Positions 37,682 through 47,732 of a stretch of DNA of 64,000 bases are shown here, one piece after another (position 1 is the stretch's first letter; the number at the start of each line of letters is the position of its first letter). The notes below the pieces were generated by a model. The model saw only the letters and a list, made by a program, of their open reading frames with translations, had not been told where the DNA came from and ran no database searches. Position numbers and translations under genes: made by a program. Origin of the DNA: Candidatus Eiseniibacteriota bacterium (GTDB lineage: Bacteria; Eisenbacteria; RBG-16-71-46; CAIMUX01; VGJL01); contig CAWBWI010000003.1 of assembly GCA_963792585.1 (NCBI GenBank), positions 156,084 through 220,083 of the forward strand. Direction: 5' to 3'.

Positions 37682-40318
37682 TCACCCGGCCCGTCGTAGT
37701 CCGTCGTCCGAATCCCCCATCTCATCCTCGGAGGCTACATCGAAGGAGACGTTCGCGGGGCCCGACTGGACCCGCAATGGCGCCTGGAAGCTCCCGTCGG
37801 TTTCCCCTTCTCGTGATGGCTCGGGATCGGCCAGGAACCTCCGGACCTCGGCGGCATGGATGACGCGGACCGGAGGGGTCTGCCCACCCCTCTCTGCGGC
37901 AAGCGGGACGAGGCCCCCGATGTGTTCACAGGACAGGGCCGCCGTATCGCCATCCTCTCGGAGCACGACCAGATGCTTCTCTATGCCCGGTGTCTCCCGG
38001 AGAAGGGCACCAAGACTCACCACATCCCCCGAGGTCTGTCCTGGTTCCGTCCTCGAGGCGCTCCGCATGCCGACAGTTCCGATTCTCTCCACGTTTTCCC
38101 AGAGCACCCCCGCGCGCGCCGCGCCAGAGCCGATGATGAGGATCTTCGTGCTCACCGGCGTGATCCCCGCAAACCCTCCGATGGAATCTTCCGCCTCCTC
38201 CGGGCCGCTGACCTCCTCGGCCACCGTTTCGAACCGCGGCTCGTCCTCATGGATGGTCGTTTCGAGCGTCGGCTCGACTTCCCGTTCGATTTCCGCCTCT
38301 TGCCCGGCCTCCGGCTCGGATTCGAGTACCTGCTCGGGGATCGGAGGCCTCTCCGGCACTTGCTTCGCCCGCGGCCCGGGCTCCATCTTCTCTTCCGCCG
38401 TCGGCTCGCTCTTCGGCCGAGATTGCGGCGCACATCCCAAGCCGTCCTGCTTTCCGGATCGACTCGCGATGCGTTCGCAGAGACGTTCGATCGCCAGGCA
38501 CAAGACTTCTGTCGGGACTTGTACAAACGTACCCATCGTGTCATCCGGTGAGAAATAGACGATGAGCACGCCTGTTCCATCTTGGCTCACTGCGCCGGCG
38601 TAGGAACTTGCGGAGATCGGCGCGCCGGGCCGCGCGTCGAGTTCCGCGGAGCCGCCTGCGACACTCCCCCACTTGCGGATCCATGCCTCCACTTCCCCGA
38701 CTCTCTCTTCCGCCAGATCGCCCAACGCCTCGCATGCTGTTCCCACGATGGGCGTGATGATGGGCGTCGCTCCCGGAGCCTGGATCCAGAGCGCGGCATC
38801 GGCCGCGAGAAGGCTGACGGCAAGGTTCAGGAGTGCGTGAGTGCGCTCCTCGGAATTCAGTCCGTCGAGATCTTCAGCCTCATCAGCAATCCGCATCTCC
38901 AGTTCCGAAACGAAATCGCGATCGGCGACGTTCTCCTCAACGGCGAGAATCTCCTCGACCAGATGAACGACGTCGGTCAGAAGCTCCACCTCGCTCCGCA
39001 CTTGGGCACGTGCGATGCGGCAATCTTCGAATACCAATATGGCAGGGGATCTGAAGGATCGGATCGGAATGTAGGCCACGACGATTCGATCTTCCGTCTC
39101 ATCGTCGGACATCTCCACGATTCGGGGCTTTCCATTCCGAATGATCCACCCGAGCAGTCCTCGATCCGCGGACTGGCTGGCCTCGCGTCCGATCGAGAGA
39201 CCGGAGTCCGGGTTCACTTTGTGGAATCGGTTGCTCTGCAGGTCTAGAAGGAAGAGCTGACAGTTCCCTGCGTGGACCGCCTTCCCCATCGCTTCTGCGA
39301 TGCAGCTGATCCGGATCGGGAGGGTCTCCTCCAAGCTCATGATCCGATCGACCAGTCGGCGCAGCATTTCCCTTCGCTCGCCATCGGCATGATCCAGACG
39401 GATCGCTCCCAGCAGCGCGCGGTTCGCCGCCTTCGCATGCTGCTCCATGCTGCGAACGAGCGGCTCGAGATCGACTTCGCCCATGGATTCCGTATTGACG
39501 CTCAGGACGCCGACCGGCCGGCCGGCCAGGGTGATCGGAACGCTCAGAGCGATCCTCGTCGACGCGCAGTCGGGCGATTCGGCCATCACGGCAACGGGCT
39601 GCTGCGCCGAGCATCGCTGCCCGGTGGCATAGGCACGACCGGCGACCCCTACGCCCGGCCGCAATCGCAGCCCCAGAATCTCTCGCGCCCGAGAGCCGAG
39701 GGCGGTTGCGACCCGTAGGTGCTCACCATCCGCGTCCATCAACATGATGCTCCCGGTGGTGGCCCCCGTTCGATGCACGACGCGCTCGAGGATGCCGGTG
39801 ACTCTCGGATCCCCAACATCCAGCTCCACAGTCCCGGCCGGAGCGACCGGACCAAGGCCGAGCAGTATCCTGCCATCGAAGCAGTCCCGCACCCCCCCCT
39901 GGAAGCCGTCTTGGGAATCGTCCTCCTGGGCAATATTCCCGCCACTGATGACGGAGATGGAGACGGTTGCGATCTCGCCGATCTCGGCTACGGCTTCCGC
40001 GAAGGGGATCACTGTGACAGGACTATCTGCCACCATCGCCCGAACGGTCTCGATCCCGACCGCGGATCGCTCGCCGATCACGATCTTGTCGCACGCCAGC
40101 AGGGCATCCCGTGTTGGCGTCCTGAGGAGTGGAATATTCAGCCGTTTCGCCAGGAGGGCAGCCTCGGAGCGATCATCAAGCGCGATCACGACCGCGGCAT
40201 CCCATGATTGCGCTTGCAGCAACTGGGTAAGCGTCCGCATTCCCATGTTGGGGATTTCGATCAACCCAATGCGGGGTCGAGAAGGAACCCTGTTCTGCGC
40301 TAGGTCTCTCTGGTTCAC
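37682..40318 (-). CDS. Multi-GAF-domain regulatory protein (878 aa) lacking a recognisable output domain
   Basis: At least three GAF-like segments (GSIMLMDADGEHLRVATALG...VGVAGRAYATGQ, LFLLDLQSNRFHKVNPDSGLSIGRE..., ...). An acidic linker (EEKMEPGPRAKQVPERPPIPEQVLESEPEAGQEAEIEREVEPTLE) is present. The C-terminal ~250 aa are unassigned. Confidence 0.6.
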   Translation of the reverse strand: MNQRDLAQNRVPSRPRIGLIEIPNMGMRTLTQLLQAQSWDAAVVIALDDRSEAALLAKRLNIPLLRTPTRDALLACDKIVIGERSAVGIETVRAMVADSPVTVIPFAEAVAEIGEIATVSISVISGGNIAQEDDSQDGFQGGVRDCFDGRILLGLGPVAPAGTVELDVGDPRVTGILERVVHRTGATTGSIMLMDADGEHLRVATALGSRAREILGLRLRPGVGVAGRAYATGQRCSAQQPVAVMAESPDCASTRIALSVPITLAGRPVGVLSVNTESMGEVDLEPLVRSMEQHAKAANRALLGAIRLDHADGERREMLRRLVDRIMSLEETLPIRISCIAEAMGKAVHAGNCQLFLLDLQSNRFHKVNPDSGLSIGREASQSADRGLLGWIIRNGKPRIVEMSDDETEDRIVVAYIPIRSFRSPAILVFEDCRIARAQVRSEVELLTDVVHLVEEILAVEENVADRDFVSELEMRIADEAEDLDGLNSEERTHALLNLAVSLLAADAALWIQAPGATPIITPIVGTACEALGDLAEERVGEVEAWIRKWGSVAGGSAELDARPGAPISASSYAGAVSQDGTGVLIVYFSPDDTMGTFVQVPTEVLCLAIERLCERIASRSGKQDGLGCAPQSRPKSEPTAEEKMEPGPRAKQVPERPPIPEQVLESEPEAGQEAEIEREVEPTLETTIHEDEPRFETVAEEVSGPEEAEDSIGGFAGITPVSTKILIIGSGAARAGVLWENVERIGTVGMRSASRTEPGQTSGDVVSLGALLRETPGIEKHLVVLREDGDTAALSCEHIGGLVPLAAERGGQTPPVRVIHAAEVRRFLADPEPSREGETDGSFQAPLRVQSGPANVSFDVASEDEMGDSDDGLRRAG

Positions 40319-40790
40319 ATCGCACTCCTTGCAACAGTCACGAATACCAGCTTCGAACGGTCGAAAGTGACTCGGGCTTCAAGGTAGAAATCGTCCGAAC
40401 GATCGCGGATTAGAACTACTTTCGACTTCGGGCCCCCGAGTTTTGCGGGCGGGCGGGGGCCTGGGGCCTTCGTCGCTTGGCCTCCGTGGAGTCTCTGGGG
40501 TTTTGGAGTCGTGTCTGCCGATCCGTGCGGAATACGTGAATTCTCACGCAAGAGAAGAATCGTCGGCCAATCCTCGCATCCCAAAGCCCTGACGCTCGGT
40601 ATACTCGATTTCAAACTGGAGAATTACCCGAGCGGTCCGATACTTGGATGGGGCTGGATCATTATTACGATGAACGTGCGTTCGGCCGCAGCTTGCGGCT
40701 GGAGACTTCTCGACTTCGACTGGATCTCTGCTCGGTTGCCCGCCCGGGGAGTCCCCACTCCATACGGACAACCCACCCGAGGATGGAAAG

Positions 40791-41672
40791 ATGGGTCTTC
40801 CGATCGGTCTGCTGGAGAGCATCGAGGGCCTTGCTCCCCTGCCGGCCACCGCCCGTCGCTTGATGGAGGCCCTTGCCGATGAAGGGGCGTCCATAGACGA
40901 GATCACCGAGATCATTCAATTCGACGAAGCCGTCGCCTCGAACATTCTGCGCATCGCGAATTCGTCGATGTTCGGTGGACTCGAACCAACGATCGATCCT
41001 CGGGCTGCGGTGCTGCGGCTCGGATCGAGCGCCATTCTCAACCTCGTACTTCATGACTATTTGCTGAAGCAAGGCGGCGGCGGGCAGGTATACGACATGG
41101 ATGAGAACGAACTCTGGCTCCATGGGGCCGTTTGTTCAATCGCCGTGGACGCCCTTAGGCAGGAGTGCAAGGGTCGCCCGGTTCCTGCTTGTGCCCAATT
41201 GGCGGCCCTCGTCCACGACATCGGGAAGCTCGTCATCGTTCGATACCTGACGAAAGATGCGACGGCGATTCGGGACACTTGCCGAGAACGCGGGGTCTCG
41301 TTCGTGCGCGCAGAGAGGGAGATCCTGGGCTGCGACCATGCGGAGATCGGCGGCTTCCTGGCGCGGAACTGGGGCTTCGTCGATGTGATCACCCGGGCAA
41401 TTGAAGAGCACCACAAGACGCCTGTATCCGAACCGACCGCTATCTTGGACTTCGTCATCGCCGCGAACCTCATCTCGAAATCAATCGGAGTCGGCATCGG
41501 TGCCGAAGGGCTGTGCTTCGAGTTCGACCTGGGTACGCCCGATCGGCTGGGTATCAACTCGCTCGGCTTCACGAGGGCGTGCGTCTACACCTCCACCCGC
41601 CTCCAAGGGCTGAAAGAGGCCTACGGGATCACGGGCCCTCCTGTCGCCGGGCGCAGTTCCGGTGGGAGATAG
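40791..41672 (+). CDS. HDOD-domain signalling protein
   Basis: SNILRIANSSMFGG...LVHDIGKLVI...HAEIGGFLARNWGF are HDOD (PF08668) hallmarks. Confidence 0.8.
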   Translation: MGLPIGLLESIEGLAPLPATARRLMEALADEGASIDEITEIIQFDEAVASNILRIANSSMFGGLEPTIDPRAAVLRLGSSAILNLVLHDYLLKQGGGGQVYDMDENELWLHGAVCSIAVDALRQECKGRPVPACAQLAALVHDIGKLVIVRYLTKDATAIRDTCRERGVSFVRAEREILGCDHAEIGGFLARNWGFVDVITRAIEEHHKTPVSEPTAILDFVIAANLISKSIGVGIGAEGLCFEFDLGTPDRLGINSLGFTRACVYTSTRLQGLKEAYGITGPPVAGRSSGGR

Positions 41673-41695
41673 GCCAGCCGATTTCCGGCGCCCGG

Positions 41696-42667
41696 CTAGA
41701 TCCCGCCGAATCTATCGGTCGCCGCCACCAGCGCGCGGCTATTGGGTCCTTCGAAGCCACTATGACCACTGTCCGGCGAGATGATGAAGTCCGCCTCAGG
41801 CCATGCCTTGTGGAGGTCCCATGCGCTGGCCATGGGACATACCACGTCGTACCGGCCTTGGACGATCGCTCCCGGGATGTGACGGATTCGGTCCACGTCC
41901 CGCAGCAGCTGCCCGTCCACGTCGAAGAAGCCTCGGTTCACGAAGTAATGAGCCTCGATGCGGGCAAACGCCAGCGCGAACTCCGCCTCCTCGAAATGTG
42001 CAACCAAATCGGAGTCCGGGATGAGCTTTGACGTGGCACCTTCCCAACCCGACCAGACTTTCGCCGCCGCGAGTCGCACGTCCGGATCGTCGTCTGTAAG
42101 ACGCCTATGGTAGGCGCCCACGAGATCGCCCCGCTCCGCTTCCGGGATGTGATTCAGGTAGGGCTCCCACGCGTCCGGGAATAGGGTCGAGGCGCCCTTC
42201 TGGTAAAACCACTCGATCTCCTGGCGCCTGAGCAGAAAGATACCGCGAAGCACCAGTTCCGTTACCCGGTCAGGGCATTTCTCCGCATAAGCGAGAGCCA
42301 ACGTAGACCCCCAGCTACCGCCGAAGACTTGCCATTTCGCGATCCCGAGGTGTACACGGAGCTTCTCGATGTCGGCCACAAGGTCCCAGGTGGTGTTTCC
42401 TTCCAGGCTGGCGTGCGGCGTGCTCTTGCCGCATCCCCGCTGGTCGAAGTTCACGATCCTGTAGCGGCCGGGATGAAAGAATCGCCTTTGCTTTGGATCG
42501 GACCCGCCCCCCGGACCGCCGTGAAGGAATACCACGGGTTTGCCCGTGGGATTACCGCTTTCCTCGTAGGATATCTCGTGGAGGTCGGACACCTTCAGGC
42601 GCTGCGTATTGTATGGTTCGATGGCGGGGTAGAGCCAGGTGAGCGGATCCTTGATGGGGTGTGTCAT
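41696..42667 (-). CDS. pip: Proline iminopeptidase (prolyl aminopeptidase, S33)
   Basis: VVFLHGGPGGG, GGSWGSTLALAYA (nucleophile elbow), 323 aa. Classic Pip. Confidence 0.9.
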   Translation of the reverse strand: MTHPIKDPLTWLYPAIEPYNTQRLKVSDLHEISYEESGNPTGKPVVFLHGGPGGGSDPKQRRFFHPGRYRIVNFDQRGCGKSTPHASLEGNTTWDLVADIEKLRVHLGIAKWQVFGGSWGSTLALAYAEKCPDRVTELVLRGIFLLRRQEIEWFYQKGASTLFPDAWEPYLNHIPEAERGDLVGAYHRRLTDDDPDVRLAAAKVWSGWEGATSKLIPDSDLVAHFEEAEFALAFARIEAHYFVNRGFFDVDGQLLRDVDRIRHIPGAIVQGRYDVVCPMASAWDLHKAWPEADFIISPDSGHSGFEGPNSRALVAATDRFGGI

Positions 42668-43009
42668 GGGTACGTCCTCCGTCGATGACCGTCCGGCCAG
42701 AGCCTACCGGCATTTCTTGGGGGCACGAGCCCCGTGCAGCTACGGATGGCGACGCCCTCCCGCTTCGCGCGTCGGAGCGCCGCCGCAACACCATTGACTG
42801 AAACGATCTCAATCGTAGCACGTGAGGATCCTAAGGCGGTTGCGTCTCTTCCGCGGCACCTTGGGGATGGGCCATTTCCCCCATCTCGTCGCGCCGCCGG
42901 GGTGTGTCCGCACCGCCGGCGCATGAGCCGCCGGGCCGGGATACAACAGACCCACCCGCGGGAGACCTCTTGCTCACGAGCGTTGAGTCTCCTGCCGATA
43001 ACTGCGAAC

Positions 43010-44242
43010 GTGGACACATTTATCGCCCGACAACCGATCTTCGATAGATTGCTTGAAGTCCAGGCATACGAGCTCCTCTTCCGGAGTGGACTCGACAATG
43101 CCTTCCTCGCCTCGAACCAAGAACAAGCCAGCTCGAAGGTCATCGCGGACAGCTTGTTGCTGCCGCGCCTCGACGCCGTTTCGGGCGGTAAGATGGCCTA
43201 CGTCAATGTCACCCGTGACGTGCTCCTTCGCTCATGGATCACGTTGCTTCCTCCGGCCAGCACGACCGTGGAGATTCTGGAGACCATCCGGCCCGATCGA
43301 GATACGATCCATGCGTGCGATCACCTCAAGAGCCTGGGTTACCGGATCGCGCTCGACGATTTCCAATACTCCCCCGAGTACGAGCCCCTGATCGACCTGG
43401 CGGACATCGTGAAGGTCGACGTGCTGATCTCGGATCTTGGAGAGTGTGCCGCACTCGCCAAGCGCCTTCGGAATCGCGGCGTGACGTTACTCGCAGAGAA
43501 GGTCGAGACCGTTGATGCGTTCAAGAAGCTGTCCGACCTCGGATACGAGCTCTTCCAGGGGTATTTCTTTGCGCGCCCTGTGATTCTACGCGGCCGCGAT
43601 ATCTCGACGTCTCAGGTCAGCTGCCTTCAGGTCATCCAGGAAATCCACCGACCCGATCTCGATATCTCCGAGATAGGCGCGATCATCGAGCGAGAAGTCG
43701 GGCTGACCTACAAGCTGCTCCGCTACATCAACTCGGCGTTCTTCGGGTGGCAGGGATCCGTAGATTCGGTGCGGCACGCATTGCTCCTACTGGGCCAGCA
43801 CAATATCAAGCGATGGGCGACCGTCGTCGCGCTGGCGAGCATGGCTGCCGACCAACCAGATGAGCTCATCACAATGGGGCTGCTGCGCGCCCGCTTCTGC
43901 GAGCAACTGGGCGGTGTGGCCGGCCTGACGACTCGTGGGTCCGACCTGTTCTTCGTCGGTCTCTTCTCGGTCCTCGAGGCAATCCTCGGGATTCCCGTCG
44001 ACGAGATCTTGAAGGGACTCCCCATCGACGAGGAAGCCAAAGCCGCGCTCTTGGGGAAACCCTGCACGCTCCGCAGCGTCCTGGATCTCGTCATCGCCTA
44101 TACACAGGGAGACTGGACGATCGTGGAGACCCGCGCCGCCGAACTCGGCGTCTCCGAGCAGGAGCTGCCGATCCAGTATGAGTCGGCCCTCGGGTGGTGT
44201 GGAGCGAGCCACAGCATTACGAGATCCTCGAAGGCAGCCTAG
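43010..44242 (+). CDS. EAL (variant ELL motif) plus HDOD two-domain protein (c-di-GMP-related; YuxH-like)
   Basis: The EAL-domain start ARQPIFDRLLEVQAYELLFR is followed by the C-terminal HDOD (...KLLRYINSAFFG...). The start is uncertain; GTG at 43010 is chosen and the upstream in-frame region lacks an ATG. Confidence 0.65.
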   Translation: MDTFIARQPIFDRLLEVQAYELLFRSGLDNAFLASNQEQASSKVIADSLLLPRLDAVSGGKMAYVNVTRDVLLRSWITLLPPASTTVEILETIRPDRDTIHACDHLKSLGYRIALDDFQYSPEYEPLIDLADIVKVDVLISDLGECAALAKRLRNRGVTLLAEKVETVDAFKKLSDLGYELFQGYFFARPVILRGRDISTSQVSCLQVIQEIHRPDLDISEIGAIIEREVGLTYKLLRYINSAFFGWQGSVDSVRHALLLLGQHNIKRWATVVALASMAADQPDELITMGLLRARFCEQLGGVAGLTTRGSDLFFVGLFSVLEAILGIPVDEILKGLPIDEEAKAALLGKPCTLRSVLDLVIAYTQGDWTIVETRAAELGVSEQELPIQYESALGWCGASHSITRSSKAA

Positions 44243-44476
44243 CTCCATAGACCGCCGCATTCATCAGGACCAAGCGGGCCAGGACGCCTCCCCGCTACAC
44301 GCGGCATCATTGTCAACGGGATCTCGGCTCCTCGGTCAAACCGCCCGCTCCGTCGCGAACAGGTCGGCAATTGCGGGTCATGCTCGACAACGCGGCGCAA
44401 TAGAGTGAATGGGATCGACTCCGTCGCCTCGCCCGAGGAATCCTCGCTCACGCCCCTGAATTCGAGGTATGTAAAC

Positions 44477-44499
44477 GGGGCGGCCACGGGCGCCGCCCC
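44477..44499. terminator. GC-rich hairpin GGGGCGGC-N7-GCCGCCCC in a convergent intergenic region (candidate bidirectional terminator)
   Basis: Seen directly. It lies between the EAL-HDOD stop (44242) and the M28 peptidase stop (44533). The minus-strand side is followed by GTTTACAT. Confidence 0.35.
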
Positions 44500-44532
44500 C
44501 ATTCACTCGCATGTCGTGGTCTGTCGTTCGAC

Positions 44533-47457
44533 CTATCGGACGACTGCAATCCTCCGGACGATCTCTCTCCCTTCCGCCTGGAACTTGAGGAAGTAGATCC
44601 CCGGAGCGGCCGACGCCCCCGACTCGAGTCTCCCGTCCCATGCCACGATGTGCTCGCCGGCTGCGGCCGCCCCTTCGAGCAGCGTCCTGACCAGACGCCC
44701 CTCGACCGAGTAGAGACGCAGCGAGACCACCCCCGCCGCGGGTGTCGAGAATGAGATCGTGGTCCCTGCCGCCGTGGGGCTCGGACGCGCCGGGTCCAGA
44801 CGGAAGACCATCGATTGCCCGGAATCCTGCACCGCCATCGGCTGGATCGTGCCCGCGATCTCGAAATCGTCGACGGCCGCCTCGAGAAGGGAATTGTTCC
44901 CCGTATCACTCGCGACGAAGCGAACGACGACCTGGTTGGTAAGCGTGATGTACGACGACAGCGTGAACGTCTTCTCGGTCCAGCTATTGGAGGACGCGGT
45001 CGTCCGCTCGAGATCCACCCAGGCTGCCCCGCCGTCGCTCGATACCTGGACGACCCAATAGTCTTCGTTCGGGTTGTTTCCCAGGTTGTTCGTGTACCAA
45101 CGCCAGTAAGCCAACCGCGGGTCGGTCACATGGGACAGGTCAAAGGTGGGGCTCGTCAGAGTCGTCTTCCCCCCATCCAGGTCCGCCTCCCCGGCGGTTC
45201 CGCCCACGGATCCCTGCCCGGTCACGAAGCAGTCCGTGCCCGGTGCGGGCGTGTGGTCGTCCTCCGTCTGCGCCGGCGAGCCGTTATACGTCGTGCCGTT
45301 CGGATCGACCCGCACCCAGCGTCCCGTCGTGGCCGTGTCATCGACATCCGAAAGGCGCCATGACCCGTCGGTTTCGCAGTCGTCATAGACGGCGGTGCCC
45401 ACTTTCAGGCGGAAGGAGGCGGCCGCCTGATAACCGCTCCCCGCGGTGATCGCCAGGTTGAGGGTCAGGATCTCCCCGGCGGGCGCCGTCCCGGAAACAA
45501 CGACCCGATAGGCCGGTGAGAGGTCTGCCTGGCCGCCGCTCGGGATCAGGCCAACCGTCGCCGATCCGTCGAGCACGGTGAGATCGGCCGATCCGCTCGA
45601 CAGGATCCCCTGCACGTTGGTGGCGCTCTGGCCGCCGCGATTCGACAGAGTGACGGGGATCAACAGGACCTCGCCGGGATCGACGATCCCATTCCCGTTC
45701 CCCGATGTGAGATCACCGATACTGTGGAAGTAGTGGGCGAGTCGCGGAGCAACTGCAGTGAACTGCATCGATAGCGGCCGCGTGCCGCTGTCATCGTTCA
45801 TCGTGAGTGTGAAGGGGATCACCTCGCCGTCCGAGATCATCCCACTCGCCTGGATACGCAACGCCGTCACATTCACACCCTGGCCCCCGGCGGGGATGTC
45901 GTTCCAGGAAGCGTTCGGGGTCAGGATCGTGATGTTCGGGTTGCTCGTTGCAAGTTGGCCGGTGACGTGGGTTGCCGCCGCCGCGCCTACGTTCCGAACC
46001 GTGACCCACAGTTCGCACGTCTCCCCCGGATTGACGACCCCGTCGCCGTTGCCGTTCGAACCACCGCTTGTGTCGTCATCGAGAACTGCGCTCCCGTAGA
46101 CCAGATAGGGACCAGACGGGTTGATCGGAAGCGCCGTGGTTGCCACGGCGGCGATGTTCGCGCGCGTGACGGCAGTGCAGTAGTCCTGCGGATAGCGCTC
46201 GATCCGATCGTTACACGTATGGTACCAGGGGCAGAAGTCATCTCCCCATGCCTCGTCCTCGATCGAGCAAACCGCTTTCCAGCCCCGAGCCCAGTACGAG
46301 GAATGATCGCTTCCGGTCATGCTGCCATCGTTGATGACGACCGGCGTGATCTGTCCCGGCAAGTATGTTGCGATCACGTTCGACATCGTCGCCGACAGAG
46401 GGAGCGAGGTCGTGTTCGTATAGACGATCAGGTCGGGTGGCGCAGTGTCCGTGCCGCGGTAGGCGATCATGTCGCAGTTGAAGGCCGCGATAACGTCCTC
46501 CCCCAGACCAGCGATCGTGGCGCAGTAGGCGTCCGAACCGATCAACCCTTGCTCCTCTCCGTTGAAACACGCGAACTTGATCGTGTACTGGAAGAGATAG
46601 TCCTTCATGACCCTCGCGGCCTCCAGGACAGCCGCGGTTCCGCTGCCGTTGTCATCAGCTCCCGGCGCGCATACGGACGGTGTATCGCTCGTGGCGTCCA
46701 GATGGCCACAGATGTAAATGACCTTCGTCGGATCCACCTGGCCGGGCAGGGTCGCGATCACATTGCGGCGTTGACCACCGTTATAGGTGTAATAGTGAAA
46801 CTCTGCCGACAGCCCCATCGCAAGAAACTGATCGAGCAACCACTGCGTGGCATTGTTGTTTCCGGTCGTGTTGTAGTACCGCGTTTCGAAGTCGTCCAGA
46901 ATCTGCCAGCTCGCCACATACTGCGCCTGTGTCAGGTCGTTGATCATGCTCTGCACGAGCGGGTCGGCGTCGCGCTGGGGTTCCGTGGGAAGAGACGTTT
47001 CATCGGGCCAGACGATCGGTTGCATCGAGATCCGCACGGGTTGGCGAAGTCCCGTGAGCGAGGCGGCCGCGGCCTCTGTCAACTGCGGAGCGCCGCCGGT
47101 CGTGGCCACCAGCGCCTCGTGCCCAGTTCCCGAGATCAGTCGAGCAGGAGGCTCGAAGGCCGCGCGGGCGGCATCCTCGAGGAGGAACATGTACAGGACC
47201 TCCGCTTCGGCCAGTTCGATTCTCATCGCTCCAAGAGCCTCGAGCCCGGACGCGGCCTGCGGGTCGATGCCGACCAGGCTGCCGGACGCCCCCATGTAGT
47301 AGAGGTCGGCGGCGCCCTCGAGGGTTTCGGGCGCGATCGCCGCCGGGACCCAGATCGAGACCCGTTCTGCGGCGGATACGACTCCTACCGACAGAACGAT
47401 CGAGAAGAACAGGACCGTCCAAACGGCATGGCGGGATGCGATACGGGTAGCAAACAT
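44533..47457 (-). CDS. M28-family zinc aminopeptidase with CARDB-like repeats, a jelly-roll module shared with the C25 protein, and a T9SS-type C-terminal sorting domain
   Basis: Signal peptide MFATRIASRHAVWTVLFFSIVLSVGVVSAAE. M28 motifs HLDATSDTPSVCAPGADDNGSGTAAVLEAARV and FACFNGEEQGLIGS. The C-terminus ...GIYFLKFQAEGREIVRRIAVVR is CTD-like. A GGAGG SD overlaps the upstream codons. Confidence 0.8.
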   Translation of the reverse strand: MFATRIASRHAVWTVLFFSIVLSVGVVSAAERVSIWVPAAIAPETLEGAADLYYMGASGSLVGIDPQAASGLEALGAMRIELAEAEVLYMFLLEDAARAAFEPPARLISGTGHEALVATTGGAPQLTEAAAASLTGLRQPVRISMQPIVWPDETSLPTEPQRDADPLVQSMINDLTQAQYVASWQILDDFETRYYNTTGNNNATQWLLDQFLAMGLSAEFHYYTYNGGQRRNVIATLPGQVDPTKVIYICGHLDATSDTPSVCAPGADDNGSGTAAVLEAARVMKDYLFQYTIKFACFNGEEQGLIGSDAYCATIAGLGEDVIAAFNCDMIAYRGTDTAPPDLIVYTNTTSLPLSATMSNVIATYLPGQITPVVINDGSMTGSDHSSYWARGWKAVCSIEDEAWGDDFCPWYHTCNDRIERYPQDYCTAVTRANIAAVATTALPINPSGPYLVYGSAVLDDDTSGGSNGNGDGVVNPGETCELWVTVRNVGAAAATHVTGQLATSNPNITILTPNASWNDIPAGGQGVNVTALRIQASGMISDGEVIPFTLTMNDDSGTRPLSMQFTAVAPRLAHYFHSIGDLTSGNGNGIVDPGEVLLIPVTLSNRGGQSATNVQGILSSGSADLTVLDGSATVGLIPSGGQADLSPAYRVVVSGTAPAGEILTLNLAITAGSGYQAAASFRLKVGTAVYDDCETDGSWRLSDVDDTATTGRWVRVDPNGTTYNGSPAQTEDDHTPAPGTDCFVTGQGSVGGTAGEADLDGGKTTLTSPTFDLSHVTDPRLAYWRWYTNNLGNNPNEDYWVVQVSSDGGAAWVDLERTTASSNSWTEKTFTLSSYITLTNQVVVRFVASDTGNNSLLEAAVDDFEIAGTIQPMAVQDSGQSMVFRLDPARPSPTAAGTTISFSTPAAGVVSLRLYSVEGRLVRTLLEGAAAAGEHIVAWDGRLESGASAAPGIYFLKFQAEGREIVRRIAVVR

Positions 47458-47732
47458 CTCTTCCTCCATCCTGGGGACGCCTAGGGGGTCCGGAACGGTC
47501 CGGACACGCCAAGTCCGCAGACAATTCTAGCAGTTCTGGGGTCGAAATGCCACCGGCGGATCCGGTCTGCGGATGCGCTCCGCATGCGTCGGAATCCCTG
47601 CTATGCTGATCGCCGGAGCCCGGTTGGAGGCAAACAACTTATGACAATTTGGACCTACTTGGCCGCCGCCCTTCTGGCCGCGGCCGCAGGGGATGCGGGC
47701 TTGATCCTTCGCGATCTCTCCCCCCTACCGGC

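Noticed and set aside
37167-38558. 463-aa + ORF and nested 231-aa ORF
   Set aside because: Overlap the multi-GAF gene on the opposite strand. Ser/Arg/Pro-rich, non-coding character.
45955-47484. 509-aa + strand ORF
   Set aside because: Antisense to the M28 peptidase gene.
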